Made by a program: the position numbers and the translations under genes
DNA from: a virus
Lineage: Duplodnaviria; Heunggongvirae; Uroviricota; Caudoviricetes
Strand: one strand, 5' to 3'
Virus record (IMG/VR): IMGVR_UViG_2639762822_000001
DNA: 44,565 nucleotides
Shown: piece by piece, positions 17,680 through 26,496 of the stretch
Layout: each line of letters opens with the position of its first letter
Position numbering within the stretch: position 1 is the first letter of the stretch
Notes under the pieces: generated by a model
The model's input: only the letters and a program-made list of their open reading frames with translations
Told to the model about the DNA's origin: nothing
Databases searched by the model: none

Positions 17680-18294
17680 CGTTTCAGGATCTCCACCATA
17701 ACGCGCCAACAATGGCGCGTTATCTTTTGTCTGGCGTTCACTCATTCACAACAAAAATAAGCGCCATAAAAACGCCACTGCGACGCGTTTTAACGTGTAG
17801 TAATACATACCCATAGCTAAAATAAAAAAGCGCTCAGAGTGCGAGGTGTGGCGTTTTAATGTATGGCTTATTTTATGCTGTCGTGGGCGTGATCGTCTGG
17901 CGTTATCTGGCGACGTGATCCGCGCCATCCTTCGGGACGTGTCGGCAATAATGGCGTGATCCGTGGGCGCTCGCGTATAGTCTCCACGTTGGCGCAACGT
18001 GTACGCGCTTACAGTCTCGTTTATTCAGTGATTCATAATCACATAGCGAAAGCTATCCGGATGGCTCAGGGGCTGAAAAGCCCACCAGCACCCCCCCAGC
18101 GCCTCTGTGCATTTTCTGGTGTGATTCTGAGCGTCTCCCGCTCGGTTTCTACATAGAGGCAAACCCAGCCGTTTCCCGAAAATTCCCTGGCCGTTTCCCT
18201 ACGGCTGCCCGAATCGCTCTCTGGCCGTTCCTGAAGTTTCCCCTGCGGCAGCTGGTGTCCAAAAAGAAAGGGCCGTTTCCAGCCCCCTCCCCTC

Positions 18295-18777
18295 TCACAC
18301 GCCAGGCAGGATATGAATGCGATTGCTGACATACATCTCTTTCACGAAGTCCCCGCATGTGACTTTCCATTCACTGACACCGGCTTCATAAACCACGTTT
18401 TTGCATTTAAGTGCATTGTCAGCGATACGCACACCCTGAGCTGTTGCTTCCTGGTCGGTGAAGTCGAACCCGGATTCAGTTTTGACCCACACGGCAATTT
18501 GTGTTGCCAGCTCGATGAGTTTTGACTGGCAGAAGCGCCCGCTGCGTACCGGGAAGATAAATACTCCGAACCCCGCGGTTGTCACGTAGGCTTTTTCGAA
18601 TACGCGTTTATGTCTACGGTTGCAGATAATGTTACTGGCGATCTGTTGCTTCTCTTTCCCTGACAACTCAATGGTCTCATTGCCACGCCAGGCGCCCAGC
18701 ACGCTTTTTGCAATGTCAGAATACGTAACGGAGATCGTGCCATGTTCGGGTGTGTTCACAGTAGCGATATAGTTCAT
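18295..18777 (-). CDS. Hypothetical protein
   Basis: 160 aa, AGGA RBS, preceded by a motif-B promoter module. Confidence 0.75.
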   Translation of the reverse strand: MNYIATVNTPEHGTISVTYSDIAKSVLGAWRGNETIELSGKEKQQIASNIICNRRHKRVFEKAYVTTAGFGVFIFPVRSGRFCQSKLIELATQIAVWVKTESGFDFTDQEATAQGVRIADNALKCKNVVYEAGVSEWKVTCGDFVKEMYVSNRIHILPGV

Positions 18778-18791
18778 TGTGATAATCCTTT

Positions 18792-18846
18792 AAACAATTT
18801 GTTTTCTTGATAGTTTAATTATCGCTACGCGTATCAGGCGTCCAAG
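18792..18846 (-). promoter_or_regulatory. Sigma70 promoter + motif-B operator
   Basis: TTGGAC-16-GATAAT then AAGAAAACAAATTGTTT. Confidence 0.7.
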
Positions 18847-18982
18847 CGTTCTGTTGCGGCACCTGGTTGCCTGATGGGAGTCAGAGGGTCGTTCGGTAGC
18901 CTGGTGGTAAGAGGTGGGTGGTTTCAGCCTGCGGGATATAAGATGGTTATTTAAAGCCACCAGCATGGGTGGCCCCGTTCTC

Positions 18983-19264
18983 TTAGTGGAGCAGACCGAC
19001 GTCGATGGTGTCGCCGGAGTCTGTGATGCGGATCATCAGCATGGCGAAGGCATTTAGCGGATATCCTGCGTGCCACTCCGGGAAACGATCGTCTCGCATG
19101 AAATCGGCAATGTCATACACGCTGTCCTGAAAACGGAAGAAGCGGGTGTCGCTTTGCTCGTCATATTCGACATGATCCATCTCCTGCTGTTCTGCCGGCG
19201 ACAGGTCGAGCCAGGATTCCAGGTAAACATTTTCCGCTTTAGGGGTGATTGTAAAATCGGTCAT
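18983..19264 (-). CDS. Small acidic hypothetical protein
   Basis: 93 aa with 20 D/E versus 6 K/R; GAGG RBS; motif-B promoter module. Confidence 0.75.
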   Translation of the reverse strand: MTDFTITPKAENVYLESWLDLSPAEQQEMDHVEYDEQSDTRFFRFQDSVYDIADFMRDDRFPEWHAGYPLNAFAMLMIRITDSGDTIDVGLLH

Positions 19265-19284
19265 GTGCTTAATCCTCGATGCGT

Positions 19285-19348
19285 AAACAATTTGTTTTCT
19301 TGTTGGCGTAATTATCGCAGTGCAGATAAGGTAGAAAACATTTTGTTA
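19285..19348 (-). promoter_or_regulatory. Promoter module with two motif-B operators
   Basis: Operators at 19285 and 19336 flank GATAAT. Confidence 0.7.
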
Positions 19349-19391
19349 TCGGGGTTAAGTAAGTGGCGCGGGATTCGCGCCACTGGAGGGA

Positions 19392-19784
19392 TTAGGCGAA
19401 CACGCTTTCAGGGATGTAATCATCAACGAGTGCGCCGGAGCTAATACGCAAACCGTACTGACCCATCCAGGTGCTGTTAGGGTTAAGATCTGAGGTGAAC
19501 ATCTCGTTCACTTTCGTCATAAGCGATTCGAACATCGTACTGTTGACGGTGCGGAAGTAGGCTTCCAGTTTGAGCAGTAGCGGATCTGATGCGTCGCTAA
19601 TGTTCTGGTAGCCAATGGCGTATGTGCTCTTATCAGTACCTTTACGCACTAAGGTGCTGGTATGTACCTCAGTTCCGGTGGTGTTATCACGCACAACAAC
19701 GGTCAGTTTGGCAGTGGCTTCGCCGGAGGTGGTCTCAGATGCATAATGCAGATCCATTACCAGATTTTCACGTAAAACAGTCAT
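19392..19784 (-). CDS. Hypothetical protein
   Basis: 130 aa, GGAG RBS, motif-A site upstream. Confidence 0.7.
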   Translation of the reverse strand: MTVLRENLVMDLHYASETTSGEATAKLTVVVRDNTTGTEVHTSTLVRKGTDKSTYAIGYQNISDASDPLLLKLEAYFRTVNSTMFESLMTKVNEMFTSDLNPNSTWMGQYGLRISSGALVDDYIPESVFA

Positions 19785-19823
19785 TTTCTTCTCCCTGTGT
19801 TAGACCTCTTTTATATTATTATC

Positions 19824-19843
19824 ATAAGTAGATACTTACAATA
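19824..19843 (-). promoter_or_regulatory. Motif A
   Basis: ATAAGTAGATACTTACAATA; -10-like TATGAT. Confidence 0.6.
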
Positions 19844-19913
19844 CAAGCAACCAAAAAAGCCCCGAAGGATGGACGGGGCTGTCGTAAATTCGACTAAACG
19901 CTTTTGCACATGG

Positions 19914-20225
19914 TCAGGCTGTGGCTTGAAGAGAGACGCGCTGTATTTCCTGCTGGGCTGCTTTATTGGCTTCAAGCAATGCCAGCTCAAGCTCCCCTTC
20001 TGGCCATATCATTTGTTTGGACACCCATCCTGTTTTCCCCTGGCGTCTGACACTCATCACATAGCGCGAACGGGCGCCATTTTCGAACGTGACAAGCGTC
20101 TCCTTGAACAGTCTGATGGATGTACCGTTTGCGATAACATCAAGGAGAGTCAGTTGCTTCAGTATTGTTGGCTTGGCCTTTTTTGGCTGCCCAACACTCA
20201 GTCTGGAAATCATCCCGATATTCAT
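19914..20225 (-). CDS. Hypothetical protein
   Basis: Start re-assigned to MNIGMIS (GGAG RBS directly after a motif-B operator). Confidence 0.65.
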   Translation of the reverse strand: MNIGMISRLSVGQPKKAKPTILKQLTLLDVIANGTSIRLFKETLVTFENGARSRYVMSVRRQGKTGWVSKQMIWPEGELELALLEANKAAQQEIQRVSLQATA

Positions 20226-20237
20226 GCACAACTCCGT

Positions 20238-20275
20238 AAACAATTTGTTTTCTTGATTGCGTAAATAATACCAAT
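20238..20275 (-). promoter_or_regulatory. Promoter module with motif-B operator
   Basis: TATTAT then AAGAAAACAAATTGTTT. Confidence 0.65.
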
Positions 20276-20365
20276 GTGAAAACGGTGACGAAGCGTGTCG
20301 TTACGGCATAGCGTTGCACCGGAGGTTTCAAACAACAAAAAGCCACCGTGCTGGTGGCCTCACTC

Positions 20366-20665
20366 CTAATCTTCTTCTTCCGGGAACTCGCTGTGTACCG
20401 CGTCCACCAGCTGCCGCTTTTCATCCTCACTCAGCAGGTGCCAGATATCCTTCCCTTTGGGCGATTCCCCTTCTGCCGGGACGAACGACCACAGCTTACG
20501 GAACAGTTCCGGCCCTACAGCATCCAGACATTCGGCCAGCGAATCCACGCTCCATACCTCCACCAGCACAGGCATCTTAATTTCATTCCCCGGGCAATCG
20601 TCAGAGGCGCAAACTGTAGCGTCTTCATACTCGCGGCCACAGTGCTGGCAAATGAAAATGGTCAT
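20366..20665 (-). CDS. Small acidic protein with N-terminal Cys cluster (CxxC...CxxxxC)
   Basis: Start MTIFICQHCG with GGAG RBS; possible zinc ribbon. Confidence 0.7.
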   Translation of the reverse strand: MTIFICQHCGREYEDATVCASDDCPGNEIKMPVLVEVWSVDSLAECLDAVGPELFRKLWSFVPAEGESPKGKDIWHLLSEDEKRQLVDAVHSEFPEEED

Positions 20666-20684
20666 GCGCTTATCTCCGTTAAAT

Positions 20685-20720
20685 AAACATGTTGTTTTCT
20701 GAGTGGTGTTATTATCGCAA
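20685..20720 (-). promoter_or_regulatory. Promoter module with motif-B operator
   Basis: GATAATAACACCACTCAGAAAACAACATGTTT. Confidence 0.65.
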
Positions 20721-21760
20721 TAAGACATAGGCGAAAAAGGATTTTATAGCGGGAAAGCCAGGCTGGGCAGTTAGCATCTGAGAACAACACGGGAGTCAGA
20801 ATTTACGATGTTCTACCCCATACGCACCGAAGGGCTTCTAGGCAGAATATTCTTCTCCCCAAAAACCTACTGAAATTGCTTGAGACCCGAGGATGGTCTG
20901 GCAGAATGGAGTTCAGCAGCAGCACGCACGGGAAGATCCATCCCCCGCATTTTTCAGGCAAGCGCAGAGTAAGGCGCACACCCGAAGATTTCCCTCGCTG
21001 TTCCCGTAGCCGTCCCTTGCTCTGTACCGGGATGTACCCGTTCCTCGACAGGCAGCCAGCCTTTCCCCGGTTCGCATGACGGGATTCTCCCCGTTTCCCT
21101 GAAAAAACCCAGCCGTTTCCCTGCGGCGATGCGCCCGTTTTCCAAGAGGGACGCAGCCTTTTCTCTGGATGGCCACAGGTTGCTCGTAGGGGTGGGCAGG
21201 GGCGTTACGGGGGATAAAATCATGGCTTGAATAAATACGAGAAAAGTAGCGATCCCCCTCTTCCCCTTCCCACTTATACCTCCAGTTAAATCTCTGCGTT
21301 CCCCTCTCCTTAATTCTTGTCTGTCTTCCCTCCGATAAGGCTCAATACGATGACTACCTCTGTACGTGAAATGGGTGGTTCGTACTCTCTGCCGGCATAT
21401 GTCTTTTTGCACTTCTTGAGGCTGTTCTTCTCTGCGTTTTCTTCTGGGTTGTTTTCGTCTCTATGAGTGTTCTTCTTCTCTGGGTATAGAGTAATGGCAG
21501 ATGTGCTTTCCTCTTCGTTTACTTGCTGAGAAGGAAGTGTAGGGAATGGCAATAGGGCGCTTTAGTTGTTTTCTACATATGAAGTAATGGCGTTCCCTGC
21601 TTTTCAGGAATTTGCGCTCTCTTCAGAGGTAATAGTGGGTAAGTAAGATTGCGACGGCTCCTGTTCTGGTCTGGGTTTGCCCGGGGTTGCATTCTGAGCG
21701 CTGTTCTCTGTGTTTTGGGTAATGGCATGTAGGGGTCTGCGAGCGCGAGCTGCGTCTCGG

Positions 21761-21850
21761 TAGCCTGGTGGAATTAGGTGGGTGGTCGGTTGCCTGGGGT
21801 CAAGAGGTGGGTCTATTCCATAGCCTGGTGGGAAGAGGTGGGTAGTTTCC
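21761..21850 (+). repeat. Three tandem ~30-bp G-rich units (two more at 18867-18925)
   Basis: Consensus T[A/T]GCCTGGTGGNAAGAGGTGGGT. Confidence 0.75.
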
Positions 21851-22267
21851 GGGGGTGCGGGCAATGGCGCCTCTGGGTTTCCCGCGGGTGGGATTAACTT
21901 GTTTTCTTGCTGTAGAAAACAACTTGTTTAAATGCGCAATTTAACGCAATCAGAGCGCTTCTGAGCGTGTTGGTTTTTGGGTCGTGTGTTGAGTCGTTAG
22001 AGATGCTTTCGTCGCGAGGTGATTGATTCTAGTGGGCAGGATAGCGGGTATAAGAGATGGCATGTGAAAACGTCAACTTTTTAGACTAAATCGGGAGAAT
22101 GCGTTGACATTTCTTTGATGTGTTATTTATTTGTTTTCTCATATGCGTAATTAGTTGAAAGCCCTTGTCACGCCTGGTCTGGTGTAGGTTGGGAGAGTGG
22201 AGAAAGTGGCGATCAACGGACTCTTATAGAAATCCTCATTTTGTGACCGCCAATGTCAATGGATTGA

Positions 22268-22576
22268 TTACTCTACAGGTATAGTTTCACCATAAAGTTC
22301 TTTGTACTTATTGCTAACTTCATCGACACACACACTGTTAACGGCCATCAAGTTTTGGTTAGCCTCATATGCCTTTTCAAATGCCTTTAAGATTTTTGGA
22401 TCGAGTTTGCTTACCTTTGCCCTGTCCCTCCACGGTAACTGGCTGTCAGGAATGCCATCCCCTTCCGGTCCAATTTCACAGGTACGTGAAACCTGGGAGT
22501 AAAGAGTCCCCACTCCAGCGGCCACAGAGAATAGTGGGCAAGATAGCAAAAGTGTTGCTAATAAAATTTTATTCAT
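22268..22576 (-). CDS. Exported protein (signal peptide)
   Basis: Start MNKILLATLLLSCPLFSVAA. Confidence 0.65.
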   Translation of the reverse strand: MNKILLATLLLSCPLFSVAAGVGTLYSQVSRTCEIGPEGDGIPDSQLPWRDRAKVSKLDPKILKAFEKAYEANQNLMAVNSVCVDEVSNKYKELYGETIPVE

Positions 22577-22916
22577 GGTTCCCTGCTTAATTGTTTGTAT
22601 TGAAATGTACTTAGATGCTCGGACTAATGCTTGAAATTCTAACAGGCTTTGTTCATAGAGCACGCTATCACTTCAGGTAGTTAAGATCCGACAGCTTATA
22701 AACTTAGTAATTAAATTGTTTTCTTAACCGTGAAAACAATTCTGCTTCGTAGCATTGTTTGGTATTCATTAACAATATGAAACCTGATAATAGTCAGATC
22801 AGGAGTTCATGAGCATAGGTAAGATGACAGTCAACCGTTACAAAAGATAAAGCAGTCTCCCAGAAAAAATCTTTTGATCTGATTGCTATCCCAGTCATAA
22901 CTTAAAGAGTCCGAAA

Positions 22917-23387
22917 ATGGCCGTTAACTTAAAGCCCAAAACACCCAAAAAAATTAATGCTGCTATCAAGACGCTTCTGAAAACGCTTGAGGTACAAAAC
23001 ACACCTCTTTATCTATCACTTTCAAAAGCACCCAATGCCAGAGCAGGTTATTGTTTCAATAATTGTGAGGATTATGCTAACGAACACAGTGCTGAGATTG
23101 TTTACGGTTGGGTGTTCTGGGAAGACAGAAAGCATGACTTTACTGAGGCCGAATTCCACGCGGTTATCTTAGAAAATGGAGTCATCAAGGATATCACCCC
23201 AAGGTTTACCAACGAGGAACAAATTTTATTTGTGCCTGATATGCAGAGAGACCATGGAAGAAAAAGTACTACTTCATGGTTCTCGTGGACAAACATCAAA
23301 ATGATTGACGGCATAATCGTTGAGAACACTAGACCAATTGAGATTGTAGAGTTGGATGATGACTATAGCGAACTCATCTACCTGTAA
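22917..23387 (+). CDS. Putative Cys-His-Asp (transglutaminase/papain-like) protein; AT-rich moron
   Basis: 'CFNN', 'YGW', 'EAEFHAV', 'DITP'; opposite strand to its neighbours. Confidence 0.55.
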   Translation: MAVNLKPKTPKKINAAIKTLLKTLEVQNTPLYLSLSKAPNARAGYCFNNCEDYANEHSAEIVYGWVFWEDRKHDFTEAEFHAVILENGVIKDITPRFTNEEQILFVPDMQRDHGRKSTTSWFSWTNIKMIDGIIVENTRPIEIVELDDDYSELIYL

Positions 23388-23410
23388 CACGAATGGTTAA
23401 TAATTCATTG

Positions 23411-23439
23411 TTTAGCCGCTGCATTTCCAGCGGCTTTTG
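23411..23439. terminator. Bidirectional terminator between convergent genes
   Basis: AGCCGCTG-6nt-CAGCGGCT-TTT. Confidence 0.6.
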
Positions 23440-23443
23440 AGTT

Positions 23444-23764
23444 TTACCACTCCCATGAAGTGAGTCCGTCCACCAGCTCGGCATCACGGTCGAAATGTAC
23501 CGAATCGAAGCCAGCATCCAGTACTGTCTGAATATTCGTTATCATCCCTTCGGAGATGTTGTAGGCACGCAGTTCATCCTTCCAGCCATTTCCTCGTAAT
23601 CCGGCCCGGACAATCCATCCGTACTTGCTCCCGTGTACCCAATTCAGCCCGCGATCTGTGATTGGGTCGAAACTCACGACAGGCATACGTTCAGAGTCTT
23701 CGCCCGTCAAGTGAGCGGTGCTGATCACCGCCGTCTTATAGGATTCGGTGATTTTCAGCATCAT
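23444..23764 (-). CDS. Hypothetical protein (DUF5983-like 'STAH' motif, tentative)
   Basis: 'ISTAHL...YGW..FD.DA'; start overlaps the upstream stop. Confidence 0.6.
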   Translation of the reverse strand: MMLKITESYKTAVISTAHLTGEDSERMPVVSFDPITDRGLNWVHGSKYGWIVRAGLRGNGWKDELRAYNISEGMITNIQTVLDAGFDSVHFDRDAELVDGLTSWEW

Positions 23765-23997
23765 GCCTTCTCCTTCGGAAACAGAATGTCGGCCGTGTCA
23801 GAAATGACATCCCAATTCACGCCCACATTCGCATCATGGCAGTCCTTGATTTTACGCATCACCTGTACGCACTGCTCGTCTGTCAGATCCGGTCGAACCT
23901 GGCTTACGTCTTCCTTGTGCCACATGACCATTAGCAGCGGCTCATCTTCCGGGTAGTTCTCCAGTTTTTCGTTTATCTCTTTAGCGGTTCCGAACAT
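23761..23997 (-). CDS. Hypothetical protein
   Basis: Start MFGTAKE with AGGAG RBS after a motif-B operator. Confidence 0.7.
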   Translation of the reverse strand: MFGTAKEINEKLENYPEDEPLLMVMWHKEDVSQVRPDLTDEQCVQVMRKIKDCHDANVGVNWDVISDTADILFPKEKA

Positions 23998-24009
23998 TAT
24001 TAACTCCTT

Positions 24010-24073
24010 AAACATCTTGTTTTCCTGTTGGTGTTATTATCTCAATTTACAAGAGGCAGAAAACAAAATGTTT
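24010..24073 (-). promoter_or_regulatory. Promoter module with two motif-B operators
   Basis: Operators at 24010 and 24061 flank GATAATAACACC. Confidence 0.7.
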
Positions 24074-24080
24074 AAGGGAG

Positions 24081-24347
24081 TCAGGTCAGACTGAAGTCGT
24101 CCATATCATCCACAAACTCCATAAACCTTGCTTCAACATCAGCCAGTATAAGGAGATAGGCCAGACCTTCGCTCAGCGAAACAGGCTTTTCTATAACAAA
24201 CTCAAAGCCGTCGATATGGGTTTTGCCCAACCAATACCCCCCGCCATATTTCTTTAGCCGTTGAAAGAAAACGTATCCTCCCGGAACGAAATTGTTTAGC
24301 GTCTCGCCTCTGTATACGATCTGGTAATTTGAATCTTTGCCGCCCAT
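24081..24347 (-). CDS. LexA-regulated small protein
   Basis: 88 aa, GGAGG RBS, SOS box over the -10. Confidence 0.75.
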   Translation of the reverse strand: MGGKDSNYQIVYRGETLNNFVPGGYVFFQRLKKYGGGYWLGKTHIDGFEFVIEKPVSLSEGLAYLLILADVEARFMEFVDDMDDFSLT

Positions 24348-24362
24348 TTTTACCTCCCAAAC

Positions 24363-24405
24363 AACTGTATATATTTACAGTAGTATTAAGGCAAAAATCA
24401 GTCAA
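24363..24405 (-). promoter_or_regulatory. SOS promoter: TTGACT-17-TACTGT with LexA box
   Basis: AACTGTATATATTTACAGTA (24363-82) has 2 mismatches to the TACTG(TA)5CAGTA consensus. Confidence 0.9.
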
Positions 24406-24478
24406 TTTAGAAGGGTGTGATAATAACTCATGTGTGAAAACAAATTGTTTAAGGCCACTGTTGTGGCCTTAAAGCTGT

Positions 24479-25177
24479 TTACGGTACTGCGGTAATCAGA
24501 TCGCAAATTCCTGTTTTGCTGAGATCACTATTAAGCCTTTGAAAATTGGCATTAAGCATCGCAGTATGTATGCGATTTTCAAGCTCAAAGAAAAGATCAA
24601 TCTTGCCCTCTTTTGCCGCCTGTTTCTTCCAGACATTCACTTGGTCATCCGCTATGCGACTGGCGCAGGTGAATAAGAATGAGCTGCCTTTTGGAAGAGT
24701 GGTTGTGCTGTAATAGTCACCATCCACCTCTATAAATTTGGCTCGGAATGACTCCAATGTTAGCTTATTGCTGTTCTTAGCTGGCTTGGTATCTTCCTTG
24801 TCCACATTCGCCTGAATTTCAGGCTGTTTCCGCGTCGGGTTAGAAGTCTGGTTGCCTATCTCTGTGTTGGCAGAGCTATTTAAGCCCTTTAGGCCATTAA
24901 TTTGGATAAGGTAAGCCAGCTCCAACTCCTTATCATCAGTAAGTTTTCCGCGCATAGTGACCCACTGCCGTTGAACCATTTTTAAGTTAGCAGCGGCATC
25001 AGGTGTAGCTTTCAGGGCGTTGGTATAGACAGCGCTAAGTTGTTCATCTAACTTTGAAAGGCGATCGCTGTTGCAGATTTTGTGTTCAATCGCTGTCGAA
25101 GCCTTTTGGCAGTCAAAGCTGGCTGAAAATGCGACAGGCGATGCCACTAATAATGATGTTAGTAAGATATTCTTCAT
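24479..25177 (-). CDS. Exported protein with LprI (DUF1311)-like domain
   Basis: Signal peptide then 'ASFDCQKAST.IEHKIC..LSKLD..L..VY..QRQW'. Confidence 0.75.
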   Translation of the reverse strand: MKNILLTSLLVASPVAFSASFDCQKASTAIEHKICNSDRLSKLDEQLSAVYTNALKATPDAAANLKMVQRQWVTMRGKLTDDKELELAYLIQINGLKGLNSSANTEIGNQTSNPTRKQPEIQANVDKEDTKPAKNSNKLTLESFRAKFIEVDGDYYSTTTLPKGSSFLFTCASRIADDQVNVWKKQAAKEGKIDLFFELENRIHTAMLNANFQRLNSDLSKTGICDLITAVP

Positions 25178-25205
25178 ATTCACTCCATAAATATAAAGTG
25201 CCCGA

Positions 25206-25766
25206 CTATAGCACTTCTCCAATAGTTTCTCTCGCCTGCTCTCCTATCTCTTGCAGCCCATCACGCACCGCGCTCACAATACGATCTAGGTATTCGTATT
25301 CGGGGTTTGGTACAGAAGGCCAGTTTGCATACCACGGCTCATCTCCGAACAGGTCCATCAGCTCGTTTCCAATACCGAAACCGCAACAGTTTTCTTTCAC
25401 ATCATCAGCGTTTTCAGCCTCATCCCACATGTCCCGAGCCTTTGATGAGTCAATTTCACGTTCTCTGCGGAGCTTCAAAATCTCCGATTTAACAAAGCGA
25501 AGGTTGGCCTCATTGTCGTCGTCGATCGTTTTACGAAGCTGTGAGTCCAGACAGCCGATAAGATAGTCATTACTTACCCGCTTAATGAACTCCTGCACCG
25601 TATCGCCTCCCATTGCAGACCACGCGCCAGTCCATGCTTTCCCGAAACAAGTAATAGTGATGCGACCTTTGCCCGGCTCGTAGTTTTCAATCATGACGCG
25701 TACCGGGTCGAGACGTTCCAGGTCTGTCAGAACGAATGACAGAACATCTATCTTTTCGACTTTCAC
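25206..25766 (-). CDS. Conserved phage hypothetical protein
   Basis: GTG start with GGAGG RBS overlapping the upstream stop. Confidence 0.7.
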   Translation of the reverse strand: MKVEKIDVLSFVLTDLERLDPVRVMIENYEPGKGRITITCFGKAWTGAWSAMGGDTVQEFIKRVSNDYLIGCLDSQLRKTIDDDNEANLRFVKSEILKLRREREIDSSKARDMWDEAENADDVKENCCGFGIGNELMDLFGDEPWYANWPSVPNPEYEYLDRIVSAVRDGLQEIGEQARETIGEVL

Positions 25767-26404
25767 ATGGCCTCCCATGCATTCCATATCAGCGCTTTAT
25801 GCTTCTCGTAACGTTTAGCGTGTACCGGTTGCAGACTGGCAATGCCGGCCGTCACCATCGTCCGCGCATTTGTCAGCAGAGTGTGTTCCATGCCTTTCTT
25901 CTCCAGGTACTCGACAACACCTGCATCTGCGCCGATCTCTTTACCCATAAAGAGTACGGCCAGCATTAATTCTTTCTCAGCGAGGTAGATGGCGGAAAAC
26001 TCAGGATCGCGGCTAACAATGGATGAGGTATTGTCCAGCAAATCCGCGAGCTTAATCACACGCGTCTGCATATCGAGGCTTTGCTCCAGCTCCCGAACGT
26101 TGATAATGAATCGCTGGATGCGATTACCGTCTTCTGGCCTGGCGACGTTGGTCAGTGCCAGCACCATTTCAGCGACACGCTCACCGAAGTGTTCACGTAC
26201 CATTTCGATAGTAACTTTGGTGTCTTCAACTACGTCATGTAGTAACGCGGCGATCTGCATATCAATACTTCCACCATGCCACGCAACAATTTCGCGAACC
26301 GCGACTGGATGATTAATGTAATCCTCGCCGGTGTATTTGCGCTTCTGGCCTATACCTCCATGAGCGCCAGCGGCAAACATATGGGCTTTGGTAATACTGG
26401 ACAT
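25763..26404 (-). CDS. HD-domain (p)ppGpp-hydrolase-like protein (small alarmone hydrolase/Mesh1 type)
   Basis: 'AH.GQKRKYTGEDYINHP', 'AALLHDVVEDT', 'IKLADLLDN'. Confidence 0.8.
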   Translation of the reverse strand: MSSITKAHMFAAGAHGGIGQKRKYTGEDYINHPVAVREIVAWHGGSIDMQIAALLHDVVEDTKVTIEMVREHFGERVAEMVLALTNVARPEDGNRIQRFIINVRELEQSLDMQTRVIKLADLLDNTSSIVSRDPEFSAIYLAEKELMLAVLFMGKEIGADAGVVEYLEKKGMEHTLLTNARTMVTAGIASLQPVHAKRYEKHKALIWNAWEAM

Positions 26405-26414
26405 ACTTAACTCC

Positions 26415-26472
26415 ATTGTTTTCTTGATGTGGTTATTTTCACACATAAGAAAAGGCAGAAAACAAATTGTTA
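26415..26472 (-). promoter_or_regulatory. Promoter module with motif-B operator(s) before HD gene
   Basis: AAACAAATTGTTA at 26460 and half site AAGAAAACAAT near the RBS. Confidence 0.6.
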
Positions 26473-26496
26473 AAGGCCACTACTGTGGCCCTAAAT

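Noticed and set aside
21761-21850. CRISPR-like repeat array
   Set aside because: The units are contiguous and degenerate with no unique spacers, and there are no cas genes.
20876-21864. ORFs 20913-21176, 20954-21412, 21310-21552 and 21604-21864
   Set aside because: No RBS, biased low-complexity composition, and partly translations of the repeats; not called as genes.
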